This document shows, in pieces, positions 35,448 to 46,732 of a stretch of 64,000 bases of DNA (position 1 is its first letter; every line of letters starts with the position of its first letter). The stretch is from positions 9,982,001 through 10,046,000 of the forward strand of contig JBHGNT010000013.1 in the NCBI GenBank assembly GCA_043228905.1. The letters run 5' to 3'. The DNA is from Azolla caroliniana (Eukaryota; Plantae; Polypodiophyta). The notes beneath the pieces are model-generated. The model worked only from the letters and a program-made list of their open reading frames with translations, searched no databases and had not been told where the DNA came from. Made by a program: the position numbers and the translations under genes.

Positions 35448-38400
35448 TAGAAAGAAAGAAAGAAAGAAAGAAAGATATATTAACGTCTTCTAAGGCCAAA
35501 ATTGGCCCATGAGACAAATGGTTTACAAAAAAATGGGATATTTACCCATTCATCGAAAGTAAAAATAAGATAAAAATAGAGTTTAAGCTAAATAGTTCTA
35601 AGAAAATAACAAACTTGTCCTATATAAAAACATGTTCTACAATGAAAATGATGTTAAACTAGGCCTAATTTCATTTCCATCCAAGTCTCTCGAAGAGAAG
35701 CGGGAGGTCAAAGGGTTGTGATGTGGATGTGGCCCGTGGTCCCAATGTAAAAGATACCCCAACCATAGCTTCTAATCGACGTAGCTCACATTCCCTTATC
35801 TTCTTAATCTTTTCTACTTCACGTCGACTTGTTTTGAAGCCCAACATCCGAGGGCGTTTGGTTGTTTTTTGCATTTCTGCTTCCTCAAGGGAGAGGCCGA
35901 GCGGCGTAGGTGTATCCACATTCATCGTCTCCCCTTGTTCCTGAAAAATTACACTAGTTACATGTTGATGAATAGTAAAAGGGTTATGGTTAACACTTTG
36001 TAATTTCTCTCCTTATATTGTTTTAGTTCTAAGATATACCTACCTAGTCTCTTTACATTTGGGGTATCTAATAGTTTGAGGAGGGTGGGAGAGGGTCCTA
36101 ATATGTCTTGGTATTCCGCATGTATCTCAGCATAAGTTGGGCACTTGCATGTGAAGTGATACTCATCCTCTATCTCTATGTGGCATAACCTAAATAGTCT
36201 TTCCTCTCTATGGACTCTATTAGCCCGACCATTCTCAATCTCAAGTTGGTGAGATGATATCCTAAGTTGTCCAATGGCCACCCTTAGTGCATTTGATAAG
36301 AATGTATCTATATATCTTGGTCGTGTAATAAAACCTAACTTAGAGAAGTGCAAGAAGTGTTCCATATAGTACACCATTTTAGATGGGAGTGGCTATCATG
36401 GGGTGATCCATTTATATTGAGTGTAAATTTGCCATATTTTTTGGCGTATCACTTTATTACGGTCTTCATGAGAGATTAGAGTTTGATCAGTCCCATGGTT
36501 GTACTTAAGGGGAGGTAGGCTATTAATGTCTATGTCGTTTGCAAGTAACCAACTCACCACAATGCTATACCAAGAGCTAGTGTCTCCAAACGCATGTAGG
36601 GATCAGGATGCCTCAAAGGCTCGAAGGGATATCCTATCTTGTGGTTGACTATGTATCCAATGAATAAAAACTACTAACATCGAGGGTAGACTGAACTTTG
36701 CTCTAATAATGTCATGCGGTACTGTCGATTTGCTTCGGAGTTGACGTGATAACATCGTCACCAAAGGTCTCTCTAATTGCGTCCACATGAAAGATGGTAG
36801 ACCTGGAGCCCATACTATTGATGCATACATGAGGGAAGGGGTCACTAATGAGTCGAAGTGCCATCCCTTAGTCTGTGGCTCTTGAAAGTATGCTCGGTGG
36901 CATTGTCTCTCTAAGAGTGAGAGGGATGCATGCCCTCTCATTAGCCTATCTTTGGTTGCCTGGGTCATCGAGAATTTACCTGAGCGAGCACTAAAAGTGA
37001 CTCCCAAGTATACATATGATCCCACGACCTCAACTAGTTTATGAGAGAGGATTAGGTGACATTTACTCTTGACTCGGGACGATGTATGAAAGATAAGGAC
37101 TTTAGTTTTCGCTAGATTCACTACCAGTCCTTGTTGTGTACAAAAGTCATCTAGGGCATTAAGATGCTTTTGTAGGTCGTGTTCCGACTCCGAGAGCAAG
37201 ACAATGTCGTCTGCGTAGAGTAAGAGACTAACTTGCGTATCCCCAATAGCTACTCCCTTGCCTCCCTTACGAGCAATAAAATCAATGATCTCATCAATGT
37301 AGATCCCAAATAGAGTCGGTGATAGGGGGCAACCCTGTTTTACACCAATGGTGCTAGTGAAACAATCAGATAGGTCACCTGGGCATCTTACGCACCTAGA
37401 GACTTGCTCATATAGGGCATAAATGGCCCAGATCATGTCATTTGGTATCTCCAAGCTCTTAAGTCTATCAAACAACCTCTCCCTAGGAACTGTGTCACAG
37501 GCTTTGCAGAAGTCCACAAAGCAACAATATAGTTTCTTCTTACAAGCCTTCATCTAGTCAATTAAGCACCTAAGTGTGAAGATATGGTCAATAGTGGAGA
37601 AGACTCATCTAAAGCCAGCCTACTCAGGTGCTCGAAGACTTAATGTTTCCATATAATCACTGAGCTCTACTTCCATTACTGCACCATATAGTTTACCGAG
37701 CGTATGACCTATCATAATGGTCTTATATGTATTTGGGTCCATTGGGTCCCCTCCTTTATGTATAGGGGCAACTGTGTTCATGGCCCATTGTGGTGGAAAA
37801 CCATCAGCGAGGGCACGGTTGAAAATTAGAGTGAGAAGGGGGGCTAGGCACTCTTGAGCATATATGATGTGCTCGGCTTGCAATCCTGTGTGGTCCATGG
37901 ATTTCCTATGTTGTAATTTTTTTATTACCTTTGTGACCCTAGAGGTCGTGAAAAGTGTCCCCATGGTAGGTCGAGGTGTGGAAGGCATTGGAATGGGTGG
38001 TTGGTCCGGGACATGGTAGAGTCTCTCGATATATATGGGCCAAATATTGGGATCCTCGATGGGTGTTTGTGGTCTCGGTTCCCGTAGTCTCTTCCATGCA
38101 AGGGTGCAGTCCCTACTCATGAGCATATGGTAGAGTTCCCAATATTGAGATGATTCCCAAGCTCGTCTTTTACGACGTGTCATCTTGCGCATCTCTTTGC
38201 GAGCCTATACTGAGGAAATAGTGCCACTAAGTTGCGACACTTTAAGTTGTCTATACAACTCTCTACAATCCTCATCAGACCACTTGTTCTATGGCATAGA
38301 CCCAATTCTACTATGATCGGAGTCTTTCGTGTATGGGAAGCTACTAATTGTTGTTGGGTCAAGGATGTGTGTCAGTTCTATAGTGAGGTTCTCTAAAGGC

Positions 38401-39390
38401 AAGGAAGAATCAAAAGAGGAGAGATGGGCTTGAACATGTCGAGAGTAGATGTCAACGAGCTCATGCATGAAGTGTATTATGCTGTGATGGTTTGGTTGAC
38501 TAGAGTTGGTGGCGTGGGAATTGTCACATTTTAGCTCAAAGTATAGGAAGCTATGGTCTGCACCAATGGGGCATGGGGGCACCTAGAAGGAGTTAACCAT
38601 GTGAGTAGCGTCAAGGTGTCCTATTAGGTAATCAACTGTGCTTTCCCCTCCTCCATGTGGGAAACATGTGAGCTCTTTCGAGCCCGGCCACTTGGCTAAG
38701 CCATTATATATGATCATCTAGTGTCAGCTTCCAAGTTCAAGCAGATGATGGCCAAAGCTTGTGGCGTCCGCACCTTGATCCTTTGATGTACATGTTATGC
38801 CTAAGGCTAAAGGGTTGACATTCACCATTTCTAAGTTTCTATCCATCTGAAATATTGTGCATTGTCGGGATTGGGTTCTCGCATTGAAATCTCCTACAAG
38901 GAAGACTTCCCCTTGAGAGGAATATCGGATTATGTCATCCGATAAAGGTTCATATGGAGAAGTCCCATGTGGCATTCCTTCATCAACTGTACTCACCTCT
39001 CCAGCCATATTATACTGGGATCCTTTCGGGGGGAAGTAACAAACGGCGATAAATATCACTTGATCCTTGCTAGTGAGGACTTTCACCCACATAAAACGGG
39101 CTTTTGGGTCTGTCTTTAGTATTTCTATCCTATTATGTATCTCTCTCCGAAATAATATCGCAACCCCTCCAGACCCTTTAGTAGTGTGTCGACGTGAGGT
39201 TTGTCTAAAAACATATTCCCAACAAAAACCGTCAACTCGTGGCAGTCCTCGATTTGGACTCTGATGTGTTTCTACTAAAAAAAGTATATCAGATACCTTC
39301 AAAATCTCCTCTAGACGGTTAGGGTGTGTCCAAAGTGCATCGTTACAGTTCCATAAGGTCATCCTAAGTTTATTATCTTTCACATGGGCC
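35448..39390 (-). mobile_element. Non-LTR retrotransposon (RTE/RTE-X-like LINE), near full length, degenerate
   Basis: APE endonuclease (LWNCN, VETH, GDFNA, DH), RT (GVKQGCPLSP, LLYADD), C-terminal zinc motif (LC...EDEYHFTCKC), 3' (TTTC)n tail near 35449-35474. Confidence 0.88.
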
Positions 39391-39724
39391 ACACATATGC
39401 ACATGACATAAAGAACATACACACACACATGCCATGCATACAATACATTCAACACATGCAATACAATACAATATGTACATACACAGACATACATATATAC
39501 ACATGCAATACAATACATACCTTGTACATCAATAGAAAATACACACACACACACATAGCACTTACATACATAGACACACGATATATATACAATACATAAT
39601 ACATGTATATATACATATGTAGAAATATAGAACACACGCACATGTATAGAACATACACAAACATATAGCACATACATACGTACATAAATACATATAACAT
39701 ATATGTGCATGGGCACATGCCATA

Positions 39725-39756
<32 letters not shown>

Positions 39757-40032
39757 ACACATATGTCCATGGACACATGCCATACATACAATACATACAT
39801 ATGCACGTATATAGAACATACACACACATAACACATAGATACATTATACATAGTCACATGCCATACATACAACACAATACAATATGTATGTTATACATAC
39901 ACCTGCACATGCCATACATACAATGGATATATACAATAATGCAATTAATACAAAATTATACAATGCAATACAACATGTACATACATACATATACACATCA
40001 ATACATATAGACAATGCATACATATATATACA
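39390..40032. repeat. Second block of the CATA-rich satellite (resumes at 43125-43258 after the hAT)
   Basis: Same word composition; ACAATACAATATGTACATAC-type words shared with about 35290; 39845-39977 is repeated at 43135-43258. Confidence 0.8.
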
Positions 40033-43000
40033 CATAGATTGAAATATTCGCATTCGTGGGGCCTCCCCCACAAATCCCAACGAATGCGTATACGAATATT
40101 TCTTCTAATATTCGTTAACTTTTTTTCCCCCTTTTTTTCCCCTAATTTTTTTTTTGGAAAAAATTCAGTCGACGAGTAGCGAACAGAGACTTTCTGTTTT
40201 CTTGCCTTTCTCTCTCGCCTGCTCCCATTGAAGCTCCAATCCTCCTCTGCATCTTCCTGCGCGCAATCTCTTCTTCTTCGCAGTCTACAGAAACAACAGA
40301 TTCATGTATGCTCTTGCTTCTCCTCTGATTTTCCTGCAAGAAATATATGCTCTTTCGTGTAGTTTTGTTCTCTCACGAGAGAGAAGAGAGAGAATTTTTT
40401 GTTCTCGAATTTGGTTTTCATCGAATTTTTTGTTCTCGAATTTGTTCTAGAATTTCATTTCATAAATCCTAATTCGTTCCTTGTAGTCAGATTTTGTTTA
40501 TTCTGCATTATGCAACAAAATATAGAAATGAAAAAATCCATGTGCATATGTACTATGAAGAAGTTGCTCTAATAAACAATGCAACCAAAGGAATGAAGAG
40601 TCTCCTTTGCTTGTGCATGTTCCAAAGTGCAGAAAAAACCAAATCAGAGTGCAATGAAAGAACATTGCATTATGGAATAGTTCACTGTCGCCTAATTCTT
40701 TTAGTTATTCTCATAGGTTAGGGTCCAGGGAACAACAAAGGCTGAAGGTTAATTTACACAATGGTGAAACAAAAGAGCTTCGAATGGAATCATGTGGCCA
40801 TTTTGAGAAAACATGATAAGGGTATGCCTGTTGTTCAATGCAATCATTGTCACCATGTATTTGTTGGTGGCCCCTTCCGAATCAGAGCTCACTTGTTGGG
40901 CTTGAAAGGTTTGGGTGTTGACAAATGCCGTCAAATTGATGCTGTTATAAAAGCCGAAGTACAAAAAATGGTATCTGGTTGTGCAAATGTTGACATGAAT
41001 GATGAGTCATCAATGGAATGTAATGCTGAAAATTGTAGCACAAATGTTGATGCGAATGTGGAATCAACGTCTATCAATGAAATGCCTTCATCATCGTTTG
41101 GTAATGCATCAAGTAAAAAGATGAAAGTAGACAATGTACCTTTGAAGATGTTATGGCAAAAGCAACTTGATAAAAATGTTGATGAAGCTATCAGGAGGTT
41201 TTTTTTTGTAGAGGATATACCGGATGTAAAAGTGGGAAGTACATATTTTCGTGAATTAATAAAAGCTGCGGCACTTGCTGGGCCGTCTTATGAGCCACCA
41301 TCTCCTTATCAATTGCGCAAAAAGCACTTGAATGAAGAGGTGAAATATGTTGAAAATGAGATTATGCAAATTAGAGAAAAATGGAAAACTATTGGATGCA
41401 CTGTTGTGAGCGATGGTTGGTCAGATACCAAGAATAGACCAATAATTAATGTGATGGCTACTTCTGCGTATGGCACTGTGTTTCTGAAATCAGTTGACAC
41501 TAGTGGAGAATATAAATCGGGAGAGTATATCTTTAAGATTTTAAAGGATGTTATTCTTGATATTGGCCCATCAAATGTTGTGCAAGTTTGTATGGACAAT
41601 GCAACTAATTGTGTAGTAGCTGGGAGGATGATAGAGAAAGAGTGGCCCATGATCTTTTTTACCAGATGCACATGTCATTGCATCGATTTGTTGTTTGAAG
41701 ATATTGGAAAATGTGCTTGGGTTCATGATGTTTTGAAATTAGCTACAAAGGTAATCGTGTTTATTACACGAAAACAATATTCTTTGGCAATGTTTCGTAA
41801 GTTTAGTGAGAAAGAATTGTTAAAGCCTTCCACTACTAGATTTGCCTATAGTTTTATCATGTTGTCAAACTTATTGGATGACAGAGTCAAAGGTGGATTA
41901 CGAAGAATGGTGGTTAGTGAACAATGGTGTCAATGGAAAGGATCAAAAACACAACTAGGAGAAGAAATAGTTTCAATTATACTTGATGTTTCTTTTTGGG
42001 CAAATATAAAGAAGATCGTAAAGATATGCAAGCCTATCCTAAAAGTTCTTAGATTGGCGGATAGAGAAGGTGCAACCATGGGTTTAATTTATGAATGTAC
42101 TCATCGTATGATAGAAGAAATAAACCACATTGAAGATGTAGATCGTTTATTGCTTGATGAAATTCGGGAAATATGTATGCAAAGATGGACAATGCTACAT
42201 TCACCATTGCATGCAACTGGTTTTATTTTACATCCAATTTGGAGAGAAAAAATTCAAGATATTGATGAGAAGCTGAATACAAGTTGGATGGAAACTATTA
42301 TGCGGTATACTAATGGTGATATACCTTTATGTGGTGTTTTATTAGATGAATTCTATGCTTATAAAACTCAACAAAAGAGTTCATTTCAAGTTCCTATGGC
42401 AAATGATCCAACTAGAATGCATGATGCAATTAAGTGGTGGGAAACATTTGGAGCAAGCACTCCAAACTTAAAAAGGCTTGCAATTCGTGTGCTTTCTCAA
42501 GGTTCATGTGCATCTTCTTGTGAAAGAAATTGGAGTACATTCTCATCGATACATACAAAAAAAAGAAATAGATTGACTCATGCTCATGTTGAGAAATTGG
42601 TTTACATACATGCAAATCATTGTCTCATAAGAAGAATAAAGGAAAGGGGATTATGCATAATTGAAGCAACATTAGATATGATCAACAAAGAAGAAGATGA
42701 TGAGAGACTTTTGAGAATGCAAAATCAAGCTATTGATGAAAATGAAGCTCATAAGGACATTATGGATGAGCTTGAAGATACGGATGATGAATGTGATAGT
42801 GCATAGAGTCTTAAGCATTTCGAAGCATTACTTAGAAGTTAGAAGTTAGAACCTAGAATTTAGAAATTACAATATAACAGCTCATAATCGCTTTAATTAA
42901 AACTTTTCTTTCTTATGTTAGTGTGATTTTGAAGACCTTCCATTTTTCTATAAATTGGTGATTTTTCCTTTTTTTTTTGAGTGAATTGAATAATTTTTAT

Positions 43001-43124
43001 TATATAAATTTATTTTCCATAAACGAATGGTTTTATAATATTCTTGGAGCAATTTTATATTCTCGAATACTACGAATATTGCGGATGTCGAATACCACGC
43101 ATATCACGCATGCTTCAATCTATG
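40033..43124 (+). mobile_element. hAT DNA transposon
   Basis: 11-bp TIRs CATAGATTGAA (40033) / TTCAATCTATG (ends 43124); subterminal TATTCG/CGAATA repeats at both ends; no matching 8-bp TSD seen. Confidence 0.85.
40761..42806 (+). CDS. hAT transposase (BED finger, DDE core, hATC dimerisation domain)
   Basis: Uninterrupted 681 aa: WNH...CNHC...HL...C BED finger, SDGW, MDNA, CTCH, TRF, WW...RVLSQ...SSCERNWS. Confidence 0.93.
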   Translation: MVKQKSFEWNHVAILRKHDKGMPVVQCNHCHHVFVGGPFRIRAHLLGLKGLGVDKCRQIDAVIKAEVQKMVSGCANVDMNDESSMECNAENCSTNVDANVESTSINEMPSSSFGNASSKKMKVDNVPLKMLWQKQLDKNVDEAIRRFFFVEDIPDVKVGSTYFRELIKAAALAGPSYEPPSPYQLRKKHLNEEVKYVENEIMQIREKWKTIGCTVVSDGWSDTKNRPIINVMATSAYGTVFLKSVDTSGEYKSGEYIFKILKDVILDIGPSNVVQVCMDNATNCVVAGRMIEKEWPMIFFTRCTCHCIDLLFEDIGKCAWVHDVLKLATKVIVFITRKQYSLAMFRKFSEKELLKPSTTRFAYSFIMLSNLLDDRVKGGLRRMVVSEQWCQWKGSKTQLGEEIVSIILDVSFWANIKKIVKICKPILKVLRLADREGATMGLIYECTHRMIEEINHIEDVDRLLLDEIREICMQRWTMLHSPLHATGFILHPIWREKIQDIDEKLNTSWMETIMRYTNGDIPLCGVLLDEFYAYKTQQKSSFQVPMANDPTRMHDAIKWWETFGASTPNLKRLAIRVLSQGSCASSCERNWSTFSSIHTKKRNRLTHAHVEKLVYIHANHCLIRRIKERGLCIIEATLDMINKEEDDERLLRMQNQAIDENEAHKDIMDELEDTDDECDSA

Positions 43125-43257
43125 GTCACATAATATACATAGTCACATGCCATACATACAACACAATACATCATACATATACATGCACACATGCCATACA
43201 TACAATGCATATATACAATAATGCAATTAATACAAAATGATACAATGCAATACAACA

Positions 43258-43843
43258 TGAGAGAGAAAGAAAGAAAGATATATTAACGTCTTGTAAGACC
43301 AAAATTGTCCCATGAGACAATTGGTTTACAATAAAAATGGGGTATTTACCCATTCATCGAAAGTAAAAATAAAATAAAATAGAACTTAAGCTAAAGAGTT
43401 CTAGCAAAAAAGAAAACATGTTCTATAAGGAAATAACTTTATACTAGGCCTAGTTTCATTTCCATCCAAGTCTCTCGAAAAGAAGCAGAAGGTCAAAGGG
43501 TTTCGCTATGGAGATGGCCCGTGGTCCCAATGTAGAAGATACCACAACCATAACTGCTAGGTGGCGTAGCTCACGTTCCCTTATCTTCGTAATTGTTTCT
43601 ACTCCATGTTGAGTTGCTTTGATGCCCAACATCTGAGGGCATTTGGTTGTTCATTGCATTTCTGCTTCATCAAGAGAGAGGCCGAGTGGTGTAGGTATAT
43701 CCACATTCATCATCTCCCCTTGTTCTTGAAAATTTATATTAGTTACATGTTGGTGAATATTAAAATGATTATGGTTAACATTTTGTAGTTTTTCTTCCCT
43801 ATGTTGTTTTAGCTCTAAGATATACCTACATAATCTCTTTATA
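43258..43843 (-). mobile_element. 5'-truncated second copy of the same LINE (3' end only)
   Basis: Aligns by eye with about 35450-36057, including the (TTTC)n tail and YILELKQ...PTPLGLSL...AEMQ. Confidence 0.85.
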
Positions 43844-46732
43844 TGGAGGACCAATTCTAATACCACCATCTACTAAGGTATCCTTAATTGAAAGACCTTT
43901 AATGGTTACCGAAATAGTGGGTTGAACATCCTTTTGATCTTTCACTCACACAATCTCCATGTAATGCACGGTCTTCCGAATTTGGCGGATACTCACAAGC
44001 CTCCCCCACTCCTTTTGTAATGTGGGAGATAATTGGAGAAGTTGCGGCCATGTTATCCTTGGTCCACTTGATATCAATTCATGCATCAAATTGAGAGATT
44101 CTACACCTTCTCCCATAGGAATATCCTCCATCTTTATCTTCCTTCTAGAGTATCTCCTTCTCAATTTCTCCTTTTTCTCATTCTCCTTAGACTTCTTCTT
44201 TTGTTTTGATGCAGTAGATTCCCCTTCTACTTCTTTCTCCTTTTGCGAGGCTCTTGTCATTTTCACAGGAGCTACTTCACAAGCATTATCACTATCATCC
44301 ATAAAATTAAGAAGATGCACATTACAAGGAATCATGGGAACCTGAGTCATAGGAAGTGTTACAACTTCGCCTCCTTCGACTCTATTGTTGATAGGTTAGT
44401 GTCCATTCCTTTGCACTTGATACATGCATCTTCCCATACCTCTTTGTTGTCAATGTAGACATCTTGTTGAGATGTGTCCCTCCTCTTGACAAGAATAACA
44501 AATTACGTCTCGATGCTCTCTAGAGCCACCACCATTGGGAATAGTGTTGTGAATTGCTTGGGATTGTCACAAATGGGCCATCACATCATCAAAGCACCGA
44601 TTCACCAAGGCCATAGTACCTTGTTCACTCTTTACTTGCTCTATTTCTTGAGATACACTTGTTGGGTTTATTGTTGTGGTAGTATACACATTTGGAAACA
44701 CTTGTCCACCATGCACAATTGAAGATGAGGTTTGAAGGTTAGCACAAGGCGTCAAGTTTGCAACCAAAGCCATCATTTGGGGAAATCCCATAGAATGCAT
44801 CATCTTAACTTTCCGATCATAACGTTGACAAACTTGGATAACCTCCGATCGTAGAACGCCACCATGAAGTCGAATCCACGTCATCTACAATTCTTAGAAA
44901 TTTCTTTCATACTCTATAAAACCAAAAGTTGATTCCATTTTAGTTGAAAAGGCTCTTCCCTTACTTCCGTTGCACTTCGTTGTTGAATATATTTTGCACG
45001 AAACTAGTGCACCAACAATTGATATTCTCCTTGTTCATTTGGTGGAAGAGAGTCATACCAATCTTGAGCTCGACCATAGAAAGTGGCTACCAACAAAGGT
45101 AACTTTTCATTGTCGGTGATGCGTCCAATAGAGAAGGCATGATGCTCAAAGGATGCCAAAAAAGCACCAACATCTTGCGTCCTTTCACTCGAAAACCCGA
45201 ACTGCCTTGCTAGAGCAAATACAATGCACTAACACCAAGAAAGAATAGGACCTCCCTCCTATACGGAAAGGATCGACCCTCCCTGGTGCGCCAAAATGAA
45301 AGAGTGATGATAGAAAGAAGAGATAGAGAAGATATATAAATCCAAAACTACAAAGATCTATTGATAATGAATGATCATGATGGAAGGAAGAGAGAAAGAA
45401 GATACATAAATCCAAATCTACAAAGAGATATTGCTAGATATTGAAAACACCACGAGAAATAGACTAAGAACAACAACCCCACAACCTTGCTCTCCTCCCC
45501 TTATTACAAAGGTATCACTTCCAAAGACGAATCCACATTGTCCACAATTCTTAGAAAGTTCTTTTATACTCTATGAAACCAAAAGGTGATTCCATCTTTA
45601 GTCGAAAAACCTCTTCCCTTACTTCCGTTGCACTTTGCCGTTGAATATATTTGGCACGAAACTGGTGCACCAACAATTGATATTCTCCTTGTTCGTTTGG
45701 TGGAAGAGAGTCATACCAATCTCTAGCTCGGCCATAGAAAGTGACTACCAACAAAGCCAAATTTTTATTGTCGGTGATGTGTCTAATAGAGAAAGCATGA
45801 TGCTCAAAGCATGCCAAAAAGGCACTAACATCTTGTGTTCTTTCACCCGAAAATGTGAACTGCATTGCTAGAGCTAATACAATGCACTAACACCAAGCGA
45901 GAATAGGACCTCCCTCCTATACAGAAAGGATCGGCCCTCCGTAGAGTGCCAAAATGATAGAGTTATAAGATGAATGATATTCGTACACAATATGAGGCCT
46001 TGACCAAACCGATTAGAGAGAGTTGTGAATTATAATAAATTATAGAGACCAAGGTGGCTACAAATTAGGGAGAGAAACACAAGAAATTAAGAGAAAAGAT
46101 AGAGAAGACGAGAAAGAGATAAGAATGCTATAATATTCTACTATTGAGACAATAAAAATGGGATAAACTCCAAATTCAACTAAAAAACCAAACAATTTCT
46201 TGACTTCCAATCACTCAAAACCCACAAATTTCTTTCCTCCTACAACAATGCTTCGTTCTTCCCACTACTAATACTCTCCCCCTTATTACAAAGGTATCAC
46301 TTCACCCCTTCCTTAGCCTCCTTCATCTCATTTCTTATGATCCTCTTACCCCACTTCCTCTCTTTTTCACGCTCTTTATAGAAGTTTTTCATCTCCTATT
46401 TTTAGCTATGACACAACGACCTTCTCATCCTCATATCTCCCTCATCCGAGCTCCAACTCTAGTGATATAAAATGCTAAAGATAGCTTACTTTACGAGATT
46501 TCTAACCCATATTTGAACATGATATTTGGACTTCAAACGAAGGAGTTATGACCATTCTTTTCGGACTGTTTTTAGGTGGCCCCCTTTTTTTATTTTACTT
46601 TTCTCCGTGTCTCTTGCTTTTAGTTTGACCTATCCTTAAGATCTTGGTTCGTGTTCTTAGCCTCCATATGTGAATGATCTATACCTTATATTCTTCTAAT
46701 GTCCAATAGCTTGAGTTCTAAAAACACTTTCA
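43844..46732 (-). mobile_element. Truncated Ty3/gypsy element H (Tat/Athila-like, probably tRNA-Arg primed) with a duplicated LTR-PBS-gag start
   Basis: Minus-strand PBS-like TGGCGCACCAGGGAGGGTCGA (near 45273-45293) and a decayed copy near 45931-45951; gag start (FSGE...FLACFE...GRARDWY) present twice (44885-45220 and 45546-45880); protease remnant TLVDGG near 43870. Confidence 0.6.

Noticed and set aside
39390-39875. N-terminal 160 aa of the 383-aa ORF upstream of the LINE endonuclease
   Set aside because: Satellite read-through; recognisable protein starts near VKDNKLRMTLWNCN.
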